A DNA stretch of 58,915 nt, counting the filler, from Dugesia japonica (lineage: Eukaryota): NCBI GenBank assembly GCA_001938525.1. It is 6 parts of 6 records of this genome, joined end to end, with 100 filler letters (N's around TTAATTAATTAA, not from the genome) between each part and the next. Parts side by side here need not be neighbours in the genome. Positions count along the whole stretch, not along the records: positions 11,911 to 20,666 come from MQRL01621225.1; positions 20,767 to 29,688 come from MQRL01616569.1; 4 more parts are not named here. One strand, given 5' to 3'. The notes beneath the pieces were generated by a model. The model ran no database searches. It was not told where the DNA came from and was given only the letters and a program-made list of their open reading frames with translations. Every line of letters begins with the position of its first letter. Positions within the stretch are counted from its first letter, which is position 1. The position numbers and the translations under genes are program-made. Below, in pieces: positions 12,812 through 24,345 of the stretch.

Positions 12812-13109
12812 CTAATTTTTGAACTCGTTCAACTGCTTTTTTGCTTGTTTCTTCTTTGTTGACTTCTTTTTAATAACAATCTTTGTCGACTTCTTTGTTG
12901 TCTTCTTTATTGTTTTGTNNNNNNNNNNNNNNNNNNNNNNNNNNNNNNNNNNNNNNNNNNNNNNNNNNCTTTGTTGACTTCTTTTTAATAACAATCTTTG
13001 TCGACTTCTTTGTTGTCTTCTTTATTGTTTTGTTATCTTTTGGATTGTTATTTTGTTTAATCATTTTATTCTTGGGTTTATCAACTATAACTTTAGTAAA
13101 TTTTGCCAT
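12812..13109 (-). CDS. Lys/Thr-rich basic peptide, probably a Polinton core (DNA-condensing) protein remnant
   Basis: MAKFTKVIVDKPKNK...KTIKKTTKKSTKIVIKKKSTKKKQAKK; same strand as, and adjacent to, the PX-like gene and integrase; spans a gap. Confidence 0.4.
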
Positions 13110-13149
13110 TTGTAAATAAAATAATAAAAATTACGTTTATTGTTTATNT

Positions 13150-14258
13150 AGGTAACAACGCTTGGATTGAAAATATCAGTTCTCACTTTAAGTTCATCTG
13201 GACATTGTTGTGTAAAGTATATAAAAAGATATCCATATGGGTTGTCCAAGAGAAATAAGGCTAGATTGTGGGAAAGCCTTCGAATTCAGACTTATGAGAG
13301 AGTTTGCAAAGAAGTTTGGTTTTCAAGTCCTTATCATCACAATGCAAATGGACAAATTGAAAGATATTTCAGGACAGTTCGAGATTTGATTAATGCNNNN
13401 NNNNAGGAGAGAAAGACAAGTTGAGCAGATATTTTATCTGAAATAGAATTTACGATGACTGCAACAAAGAAGGCGACTGGAAAGAGCCCGGCTGAGATTT
13501 GTTTTGGAAAGAAAATTAGCAGAGAAAAGTGGTACGAGTCAGGTTTTTCAGAGAAAAACAAGGAGAACATTTTAAAAGTGACTATTTATAGAGAATTCAA
13601 AGTAGGAGATTATGTCGTCATCAAGGTGGATACAAGAAATAAAAGCCAAAACAGATTTGAAGGTCCTTATCGAATAATTGAGAGAATTCACGAAAGACAG
13701 TATGCCGTACAAGAAGAAAATAGACAGCGACTAGAAAGAAATGTGGAAAAACTTAAAAAGTTTCTTAAAAAGGAGGATATAAGGAAATAATTATAACTGG
13801 TGACGAAATTAATAATTATAAATTAATAATTAATTCAGCCAATAGAAATTGATTAAATTGTAGATAATATTTTTATGATTCTCATATAATTATATAATTG
13901 ATATAGATGTGTGAATTGAGATAAATTATGTCTAAAAATAATTGTGATTTTGAAAATGAATTACCAATTGAANNNNNNNNNNNNNNNNNNNNNNNNNNNN
14001 NNNNNNNNNNNNNNNNNNNNNNNNNNNNNNNNNNNNNNNNNNNNNNNNNNNNNNNNNNNNNNNNNNNNNNNNNNNNNAAAATAATCATGAATACTAATTT
14101 ATTATTTTTTTGTTGAAATTAGTTCCTTTGTTGAAATTAATTTCTTTATTGAAATTAGTTCTGCATCTCTTATTTATCACGTTGTATTTAACAACTGTCA
14201 AGCTGAATCTTTGCTAGTTAGCAAATCTGTATCTAGTACACCCTCGTCAAATATTACA
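13150..14258 (+). mobile_element. Ty3/gypsy 3' fragment: integrase C-terminus, PPT and 3' LTR (about 13778-14258)
   Basis: SSPYHHNANGQIERYFRT, ATGKSPAEICFG, FKVGDYV and the GPY motif (RFEGPYRI). PPT AAAAAGGAGGA, then T(A)TAAG ... TTACA. Confidence 0.85.
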
Positions 14259-15362
14259 GCAAAAACTGACAGAATAATAAGTTTGCATGATAACTCGTGA
14301 ATCGATTGCGTTGTACATTAATAGCTCTCTTTCTTTAACTAAAAAGGTCGAGCTTAAGATTTTCGTGGTGTTGTGCACTTTGAGACTGAATGTGAACGGT
14401 CGGAAGCGTAAGCTGCAGAAGATTGACATACCGTACTTAAGCCTAGTATAACTAAACTATGCAGGCTAATCAATCAGTTCAAATTGAACGGTTCGGTTGG
14501 ATTTTGTTAGAATTTTGTGTAATCATAATTGGTGTCTGACATCTCATTGTGATTTGAATGATACTTGTTTTGATACTGTAGAAATAAAATTAAAGTTTAA
14601 TTAATGAATTATAAGGGTNTGTAAATAGGTTATGATGAAATGTCAATCAGCTCATTGCGATACTAATGATATCTTAATTGAAAAGTAGAAATAAAATTTA
14701 ATGGGTTTACAGGATTTAGACAGTTGTGAATCGTAAGGATACATAAGAAAGTTATGTAAACATGATAGATATGCCCATCATCTTATTTCGATAAAAGCGA
14801 CACCTAATTTATTAAAATTATTAAATTTTATTTAATTTTGAAATGGTTCATTATAAGGTTGTGTAATCATTCTATAAATGCTCTTCAACTCATTACTGTT
14901 CGAATGATATATATTTTNNNNNNNNNNNNNNNNNNNNNNNNNNNNNNNNNNNNNNNNNNNNNNNNNNNNNNNNNNNNNNNNNNNNNNNNNNNNNNNNNNN
15001 NNNNNNNNNNNNNNNNNNNNNNNNNNNNNNNNNNNNNNNNNNNNNTCAAATTAGGTATGAAGTTTAAATAAGTATAGATGAGTCAAAACAACAGTCACAA
15101 ATGCCATACCAAAAGTCAAAAGTTGCTACTTAGTCAAAACCATCAATCAAAAATAATCCAGTTGGTCAAAAATGGTTACATTCGATCCGAAAATGGTAGC
15201 ACATGTCTAAATTTGAAACCAGTCAGTCACCAAAAATGGATGGCCGTGGAGGGTACCGCTCAGTCGTGGTTCGGTGCTGAAATATCCCTCTACTTATAAA
15301 AATATATATATTAATGTATAAATTCTTTACAAAATATATTTCAAAATGTTAATGAAATTTTT

Positions 15363-16298
15363 TTAAACAATAAATTGAACTAACTTCAATTTCTCAACAA
15401 TTATTTCTAATAAATCCAGGTAAATATATTGGCACATCTCAGACATTTCATTAAAAAAATCCACTAATTGACACAGAACACACTCATTAAAATTGTAATT
15501 GATAAAAAATGTTTGACAGTAAATTGATGCGCTTAATAATAAAAAATCTGTATTAGAAGATTTGAATGGAATTGAATATAAATGTTTGTCATTTTGATCT
15601 TGAAGCTTCAACTGCTCGGATTCTCTTTGAATTGAAAAATAATCATTGAACTCAATACAACTATTATTAGTAATGAAAATTAAATTTTCAAATAAGACTT
15701 TTATCGATTCTGGAATTCGATTAGGTATTTTATACATTAAAAATGCAATAGTAACACACACATCAATTAATATCATATGTTCTTGTAGTAATAAACAACC
15801 TGCTAAATTATTCCATAATACTGCTGAATTAATAGTCAACCATTCACAGGCTTGATTAAACCATTCCAAAGTTGTAAAAATACAGCAAATTGTATCTAAG
15901 CTGTTTAAGGTAACTGAAGGTCTGTCATTGATGACATTTTCTGGATGGATTTTATCACAATGTAAACTTAATAAATTTTCACAGATTTTTTTTTGGCTAT
16001 TGACGATTGGTCGAAAAGCTAAAAATCGTTTTAGAAACATGTCTTTTGAAATTCCATTTATTGATTTACACAATGAAAATAAAACATTATCGCTTTTGTA
16101 AATATCGATTTTAGATTGCCATTCTTTTTTAAAACATTTTTGTCCAATTGTATATTCGATTTCTGCTTCTAAACAAATTTCTTTCGGAAACTTGTTTTGA
16201 TAATCCCATGAAGGATGGCTAATATTATTATATTCCTTAGTGACTTGTTTCCTAATAAATTCATTTTTATTTAAAGATAGAATTTCAGATTTAGGCAT
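15363..16298 (-). CDS. Hypothetical protein, 311 aa, intronless ORF
   Basis: Uninterrupted ATG-to-stop ORF of 936 bp in highly AT-rich DNA, with an in-frame stop shortly upstream of the ATG. Globular/helical composition; family not recognised. Confidence 0.65.
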   Translation of the reverse strand: MPKSEILSLNKNEFIRKQVTKEYNNISHPSWDYQNKFPKEICLEAEIEYTIGQKCFKKEWQSKIDIYKSDNVLFSLCKSINGISKDMFLKRFLAFRPIVNSQKKICENLLSLHCDKIHPENVINDRPSVTLNSLDTICCIFTTLEWFNQACEWLTINSAVLWNNLAGCLLLQEHMILIDVCVTIAFLMYKIPNRIPESIKVLFENLIFITNNSCIEFNDYFSIQRESEQLKLQDQNDKHLYSIPFKSSNTDFLLLSASIYCQTFFINYNFNECVLCQLVDFFNEMSEMCQYIYLDLLEIIVEKLKLVQFIV

Positions 16299-16560
16299 AG
16301 TTATGAAGTTAAGAAATCAATTGTATTAAATTAATGATTCAATTTGTTTGAATTTTTTAAATTTAATTATTGTAAGAAAATACATTTTAATTTTATTGAC
16401 AAAGTTAACTTTAAAATGGGCTTCCAAGGAATTTATAAGAAAATATTGATAAATATAAAAAATACTTATTACTGAAGCATAGAAATCATTAGGAATTACA
16501 TTGGAGGAGAATCTTGACATTTTATCGTTAAAACTATTTTATTCTGGAGATAAACAAATA

Positions 16561-16639
16561 CAGTCAACCCCTTCTATACTACCAAAAATATTTATCTTAA
16601 GCAATTCCTGAATTTTGGCGTTATAACGAGGATTGACTG
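16561..16639. mobile_element. Tiny pogo/Tigger-like MITE
   Basis: TA|CAGTCAACCCC ... GAGGATTGACTG|TA. Confidence 0.65.
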
Positions 16640-18082
16640 TACTAATAAACCACTTATATAAATATACCATGTCTTTAGAGAGTCTAAATTTTCATAAATT
16701 TGCATTCAAACAAAGATAATATTCTGAAAAATCTGGGAAAAATTTGAAAATACAAATAATCGGAGAAAAATAACGAAATAATAATATGAAATTTCATGTA
16801 TCTAAATAATTAGAAAATTAAATGAGAAAAACAATATGAAAAACAAAATTAATGCAAGAAATTTAAGAGACATCTCCTAAATAAGTAAAACCAAACTCAA
16901 TAATATATAAACCGGTGGAAAAGTTAAAAAAAGAGTAAATTAACACTCACTAAGAATAATATTAATAATTACACTTGTAACGGTTTGGTTATAAAATATG
17001 CTTTCAAATTTGCTATTTAAAATCATACAGTATCTCATGTTTTAATTATACTNNNNNNNNNNNNNNNNNNNNNNNNNNNNNNNNNNNNNNNNNNNNNNNN
17101 NNNNNNNNNNNNNNNNNNNNNNNNNNNNNNNNNNNNNNNNNNNNNNNNNNNNNNNNNNNNNNNNNNNNNNNNNNNNNNNNNNNNNNNNNNNNNNATTGAT
17201 CAAGCTTTTATCGTCATTTTTTGATTTGAAAAAATTTACCTCTGCAAATCTCTCATATATTTCTTTGTGTTTTTTTTTGGAAGTCAGAAATAACTTTCTG
17301 GCAATGGTTTTCTCTTGTAATCTTGACATATTCTCACTTCAAAAACCAACTGAAATCGCTTAAAATGTTATCGTTATAATTTCAATTTCGTTGTGGCACT
17401 ATCCTCTATCAACAGTGAAAGATTATCTAATTGATTCAATTCCATCTGTAATCCTCAACTGTAATGGTTGCCAATTAAACTTTAGAATTTTTGTTGNTCA
17501 TACCTTTCTTTTTAGTTTTATATTTTATTTCTTTTTTAAACTTTTGTAAAATTTTATTTGATTAATTATAATATTGTCAGATTTTTTTTGATTTCAAAAC
17601 TCAATGTTCATTTTGTTTATTTTTCTTCTTGTTTGAATTACATTTATCTTTATTCGATTAAACTTTTGAGTTGTTGTTGCTCATCCTCTTTATTTTTAAT
17701 TTTATGTTTTTTTTACTTTTTAATTAATTAATTTAATTATTTTATATATGATATTTCATGTTTTTAGGTATTGCCCAACATTCAGAAGCCTTAGAATAAC
17801 AAATACTCACAGGCATATTGTACAAACATTTATTTGTCATTAATATACATATAGTTATATTCCATCTTTTTATTAATTTCATACAGCTTTCTAATTAATT
17901 AAAATTTTTAATTTATTTGGAAATTTAATAAGTCTTTATTTTACTCAAGCCTAGCAATGTTATACTTAATCAAGTAAAAAAAAATTTTACATTTAAAATT
18001 TGAAATGAGTTCAATGAATTACATTGTGATTGTGCATTAAAACCTGTAAATCGATTAACACATTAAATACAGTCGTCTAGTC

Positions 18083-18361
18083 CAGTGTTTTTCAAACTAT
18101 GTTTGGATCGTAACTCAAAGTCAGAATACAATACAATAATAATTTTAGTTATTTTCAGTTCACTTCTTTATTAGATTGAAGTATCTATCTATGTATTATT
18201 TTTGAATAAATATTTATGGTATGAACTTTTTTGACTTATTTTTAACTTTGTAGTACATTATCGGCAAGAACAATCATAGTTTTCTAAAGAAAATTTTTAT
18301 CTTGGATAGAGATGCCAAATTTTTTTTTTGGGTCGGAATCAAAATAGTTTGAAAAACGCTG
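18083..18361. mobile_element. hAT (Charlie-like) MITE
   Basis: TIRs CAGTGTTTTTCAAACTAT / ATAGTTTGAAAAACGCTG; degenerate 8-bp TSD GTCTAGTC / GTCAAGTT. Confidence 0.75.
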
Positions 18362-18900
18362 GTCAAGTTGACCTAATATTTCTATATATCTGAGGTCGGT
18401 TGATTACTAAATCCAACGAAAATAAGCTATCATTATTAAATGAATTATTCCTGAATCAATTGCTCTTTCTTTTTATTCATATTATTCCATTGATTTGGCA
18501 TGTTTGATTGAGGTAGAATCCCAAAATAAAAGATACCGATTATCATTAAAATCCACTTGGTAGATTAAGATCAAACCATTTACCTAAAACATATTGAGTT
18601 GATCATGCTTTTTTTGAAATCAACGATATCAATTCCATTAACTCTGAAAAGATGATTTTTTTCCCTCTTTTGTAACTGTAATTAATGTGATTTCAGAACT
18701 CACGCTTGAATACAAGAATAACAGTGAGATTCATAATTAGTACTTTCTGTTTTGAAAGTAGTTAGGTTATTTTCAATATCATACTTCCACAATTCATTTA
18801 AAATTAAAATTATACAATTTATCACAATAATATAATAAATATTAATCACTATTACTGTAAAATGTTTAAATACTTAAGAACAAATATCGGTTTACTATAT

Positions 18901-19311
18901 AAAGGGCGTGGGAAAAAGGGCGCATCAAAAAGGCAACCATCAAAAAGGTGACTGGTTTTTTTAAGGTTAATTACATTAATTAAAGGTTAGAAAAAATTAC
19001 ATGAATTGTGAGAAAAATGATGTTGTGAAATCCTATACTTAACTTTAATTAAGATTCAGGAACTACGACATTAAAATTAATGTAAAAATTTTGAGTAAAT
19101 ATACGTTGTTCAGAATTATTTAAATTTTATCTAACCTATTTTTATTAATTTTTTNTAATCTTCAATGAATGTAATTAATGTAATTTTTGCTAACCTTTAA
19201 TTAATGTAAGTAACCTTCTGAAAAAACTAGTCGCCTTTATCGATGCTTACCATTTTTATGTGCGCCTATTTGCATGCGGGCTATTAATGGTTGCCCTTTT
19301 TCACGTCTTTA
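18901..19311. mobile_element. Fold-back MITE with long TIRs and ~15-bp subterminal repeats (MULE-like)
   Basis: AAAAAGG(G)CG-type repeats on the left are mirrored by CGCCTTT/GCCCTTTTT on the right. GGTTAATTACATTAATTAAAGGTTAG is inverted at about 19190-19215. Confidence 0.6.
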
Positions 19312-19533
19312 TTTGAGGATATCCAAATGTTAGCTGATTTGAATTTTGTTTCTTTTGAATCTCCTATTCTATGTTTAATGCTTAAATTGATCTGTATGTT
19401 AATTGATTTTTTANTTATATATTTCACAATTTCTTTNATATTTATAAATTTACTTTTGGATAATTCCTTTAATAACCAGTCTATATTTCAATTGTCAATA
19501 TTACTTTGTTAAACTAATAATTTATATTTTTAC

Positions 19534-19808
19534 AATTGCAATTATTTCGAGAATAATTGTTGGACGTTGATCGTTTTTTAGAATTCATTTAAAATAATAG
19601 CTTCGATCAAAATAAATTGATGTTTTATAGATATTCAAATTTTCGTCAATTGTCTTCAGGAATTTGATATTCCTGAAGACAATTGTCGAAAATTGGAATA
19701 TCTTTAAAACAACAATTTATTTTGATCGAAGCTATTACTTTATTTTAATGAAATCTTCAATGCGATCAATGGTTAAGTCCAACAATTATTCTCGCAATAA
19801 TTGTAATT
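19534..19808. mobile_element. Palindromic (head-to-head) Penelope-like pLTR/retrozyme-type insertion with two hammerhead-like motifs
   Basis: Imperfect palindrome of about 275 bp centred near 19665. The plus arm reads GATATTC-CTGAAGA-CAATTGTC-GAAA-AT-TG-GAATATC and is mirrored on the minus strand. Confidence 0.65.
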
Positions 19809-19996
19809 ATATTAATTTATACCTTATTGATTTAATTGGTTAATTGATCAAATTTACTTATTGTTTTATTTAATTCATCGCAATTAAAATCGAATCAAAA
19901 CGTCAAATGTTGTAATATGTATTTGACTATAAATAGTAAACCATTATCTAATTAATACATTTAACGTATTAAGTAAAATAACTTTTTAAAGACATA

Positions 19997-20292
19997 TTAT
20001 TTGTATGTTTCACCGTCTGAAAATAAATTACTGATAATTTCTGAAATTGAATTTCTATTTTTAGTCTTTTTCGAAAGAATGAATAAGTTTTCCGCCATTG
20101 AAGTCTGTCGTTTAATTTTTGTTAAATAATTTGGTACTTTCGAAATAACAAGATTTCTAAGAATGCATAACAGTTGTAAGAAACGTTGTCGGTTTGAAGC
20201 ATGAATTTCTAGAGAAAGTGATGCCAATTTTTCTAAAAATTTCTCCGCAATACGTACCGATTTTATATTATCTGGTGTTTCTAAATTTTTTC
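19997..20292 (-). CDS. Orphan terminal exon of an unknown gene
   Basis: After a TTTTAG acceptor, about 97 open codons (KNLETPDNIKSVRIAEKFLEKLASLSLEIH...FSDGETYK*) with coding-like composition. Confidence 0.45.
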
Positions 20293-21163
20293 TAAAAAAA
20301 AATATTGAATTAGAAATAATATCTTAACAAACTGAATATTATTTTAATTATAAACATAAAATTATTAACAATTTTAGTTTATTTCCGTCATTTTTATTCA
20401 TTTATTTGCTATTTTATTGTGTAAAAATTGCATATCACATCAAATGAAAATCAAAATTGAAATCACAAATTTCCTAATGTTGAAATTGTTTCAATTTTAG
20501 ATTTCCAACAATGGTCAAATATGTAAAGAGAGGCATAACATTATTAACCAGACCTAGGACAAAAGGTAAGGCAAAGGAGTCAATTGCTCTGGTTAATAAT
20601 TAGAAATAGTGCCAAACTTTGTAGTTTTTGTAATATTGATAAAACGGAAAAATAATATAAAACGAANNNNNNNNNNNNNNNNNNNNNNNNNNNNNNNNNN
20701 NNNNNNNNNNTTAATTAATTAANNNNNNNNNNNNNNNNNNNNNNNNNNNNNNNNNNNNNNNNNNNNTTGAGATTTTTTATCTGCTGTCTGCTGCTTTATA
20801 CTTTTGCACACTGGTTTGATAATTTTTTTCTATTTCTAGTTGGTAATCGGTAATGACATTGCTGTGGTATATGGCGATTTCTCTATCTTGCGATTTAGTG
20901 TAGAATTGACATCTTCAATTTTATAGATGGGTTTGAATTTGGAAATTTCTAACAAAATTAAAATTTGAGATGATCGCAATGTGACCGCAATTTTGTTTTC
21001 CAACCCTTCTTTTTTTCCAAATTTCCAGGAGTGTTTATACTCTTTTAAGAGTAATTTATGTTTTTTATTGGATGGAATGAATTTAAAATTAATTCAATTT
21101 GTTAATAAATTATTTTGATTTATTGCATTTCATTTTTATTAATGCAAAATCTATTGATTTAAT

Positions 21164-22649
21164 TGTTGGGGTGAAACACTTGAGTTTGAAAAATAAACCA
21201 GCGATTAGGTACCCTTGAAATTTGAAAGAATGTCACAAGAAAGAAAATAAAGAACACAGACAAAAGAATGTGTTAGACCAGTTACCGAAAGTAATAATTA
21301 AAGAAAAAACCGAAACAAAGGAACTAAATATGGGAAAGGATCCGTAACCTAGTGAGTTACAAAGGAAGAAAATAAATGTTGGAAGACAAAAAACGGACGG
21401 AGAGAACAAAGAAAGGAAAATAACGGAAGAAATAATTCATGTAATAAAAGAAAGAAAGTCAAAGGAAATAATCAACTTACAGAAAATAAATTAATTAGTG
21501 AAAGAAAAACAGCGAAATTAAATTAAAGTTAAATCAGGAAAATAAAGAAATGAACAGCAAATTAATATTTTGGAAGAAAATAAAATAAATTATTTATTTA
21601 TTTAAATAAAATAAATCGAACAATTTAAAATAAATTATTTTTAAAGAAAAATAATTATTTCGTGAAAAATGGCAAAAACGACGACTTCTCATGGTGGAAA
21701 AATTAGCAATTTAAAAGATTCTGGTCAAGAAAAAATCAGAGATCTTGAGAATTTAAGTTAAAAAATCGTTATGAGACTCAGAGAAAAGATACAAGGGTTT
21801 GAAGGTTGACCAATAGGTTTGGAATCCAAAAATATCAACCAATAAAAAGAACTCACATGACGTTCAAGCCAATGGAAACGTCAGAAAAGTCGTACAATTA
21901 TAAATAACCAATCAAAGGAATGGGGTGTGAAGAGAAACCGGTATAAATACCGATGTAATTTTCACCAAAATATCTAACTTTTTATCAAGAAAATAACGTA
22001 ATTGAACGGAGATTTTTTAAAGTGAATATTCTTGTTATTCAATTACGGATGCAACGATTTTCGATTTGAACCGAATATGGAAATTTATGGTGGACCCATT
22101 GAATCATTAATATCCACCGAGGAAATGACAATTTAAATCTTTTGCTTGCTCCAGATCGGTATCCAGACCACGTTAGTTTTATTGTTTGTCTTATTTGTTA
22201 AATTAATGTNTAACAAGTGGTGTTTTGATAATTGAATATATTTTCCACTTGTTAAAATCTTGCGTTCTTGATAATTTTAAACCTTAGGGTATGGATTGTT
22301 AAACTAAACGTAGTAATTAACTGAACCCAGCTAAATATGCTTAATTCGAAAAAAGAAAATTTATAATTATTTAGGACTCAACTGACTGATAAAATCAAAA
22401 TCCAATAAAACCGGTTATAAACGGAAAGCTAACAAAATTAATGGTTGATAAGTATGATTTGAGAATCAAGCGAGTGTCATGAAGTAGTAACCCAAATCAA
22501 AGGAATGCGAGTCTGCACTCGGATTCTGAGTCAACGGCTCCATTCCGAAGATCTGGAAATTTTGAAGGACACCAGATTAAAATACTTGGCGGGGTTTTTT
22601 AAGTCCAATTACCCTAGACTTATCCGCCCACTTAGATAAAACCCCAACA
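21164..22649 (+). mobile_element. Solo-LTR-like element, family A copy 1
   Basis: TAAT|TGTTGGGGT ... ACCCCAACA|TAAT (4-bp TSD); CCAAT boxes and GTATAAATACCG at about 21940; homologous to 56420-58743. Confidence 0.75.
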
Positions 22650-23866
22650 TAATTATTAATTCGTTTAATAATTTGATTATTATTTTTATTGTTCGTAAAT
22701 CATCTGTATTATTCGAAATTAAAATTGATTTATTGTAATATCTATTATTTATTTATTATCGATTTTTTAAAATATAATTCATTTATATTTTTTCCAATTT
22801 ATTTTCAGTTCGTATTTCGTGTTTGTTGAATATTACACTACTGTTGGGGAAATTCAAAACTAAGATCAACACTAAAACATACACATTCATGATAAAAACA
22901 CATTTATATATCCACATCTTAAAACACAAACCCAAGACAAGTATACACATATAACATACAAAGCAGTATTCGAGTCAATCAACAAACTCAAACCAAATCC
23001 ATCAGATGAGCGATTCTTATCAGGGCAGATTAATTACATTGTTTGATCACTATATTGTTTTGACGTTATTTGAATATTGATCTTGCGAAATAATTGACTA
23101 TGGCATTATATAGTTACATTTATTTAATCTTGTATATTTATTTGATATTTCTTTTTAGTGTATTATTATATTACTAATCAATGATAATTTTGGATTATTT
23201 TTAAAATTTTTATTGTAATCAAAATTTATGCTCATGATTGTATTTCATAATTATTTGTTTATCGATTCGGATTTTAAAAATTTTACGAATTTTTATGTAA
23301 GTAAAAATTCTATAGTTTATTGGATCTTTATTTTATATTGGATTTTCAAGTAAGTATAAATAATAATTTATGGAAAATTTTCANAATTCTGCATGATTTT
23401 AATAAAATAATCACTTTATTTATGTATGTCTTATTAGCGGTCTCTAGTATAAATAGAGACTATATTTTCATTATTTTTACCCATCTTTTTAGATTATTTA
23501 ATAAGAGCTAAAACCTACTTGGGTGGCAGCTCAGAGTAATAAAATAAAAAACGCTTAATACGATTGTTGTAAATCATTTATTTTAATATAAACCTTTTCA
23601 AAGTAATTATTATTTAATTTAAAAAGTCGACTATGTAGCTCATTTTTATTATTATTGATTATATAATAACGATATTAAGACATAAGGTCCCAATATAACG
23701 ATAATATACAAGTTATTGGATTGTATAATATATTAAAATCAGTTCATATTCACTCAACTGCTCATTTGCTTTGGCAACAATCCCTAAAGCATCTCAACAC
23801 TACAATTTTCTGAAGATTTTATCTCTACTACTTTTCAATTGTTATTCATGATGGGTTCTGTCTCAA

Positions 23867-23868
<2 letters not shown>

Positions 23869-23922
<54 letters not shown>

Positions 23923-23972
23923 NNNNNNNNNNNNNNNNNNNNNNNNNNNNNNNNNNNNNNNNNNNNNNNNNN

Positions 23973-24006
<34 letters not shown>

Positions 24007-24007
24007 A

Positions 24008-24046
<39 letters not shown>

Positions 24047-24050
24047 GCTA
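23869..24050. repeat. (ATT)n microsatellite
   Basis: Seen directly; it is the source of the spurious poly-L/poly-Y ORF. Confidence 0.95.
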
Positions 24051-24345
24051 TTATTCTTACCCTGATTAATATCACCATTATTGTTATTATTGTGACTGTT
24101 TTACATATCCGTAGCGTTAATACTATGGTCAGTAACTTGCTTATGCTTCCAATTACTATTAGTTGTCACTTTGTTGATATTATTATTGTTTTTTATCACC
24201 ATGGTTGTTATTATGTCAGTGAAGTCAATGTCATTGCCCTGAGTATCTCTGCTATATGTAACATATCCGCCGCCATCACCTCAATAATTTCGTTATGAGG
24301 TACACCATTATAGACTCTTGTTATTATCACTATTTTTATAGTTGT

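Noticed and set aside
12812-13035. Apparent tandem duplication of the KTIKKTTKKSTK segment
   Set aside because: The two copies flank an N gap and may be an unmerged contig overlap.
15078-15290. GTCAAAA-rich short repeats and a 73-aa ORF
   Set aside because: Looks like a degenerate MITE subterminal array next to a gap; no partner end or coding evidence.
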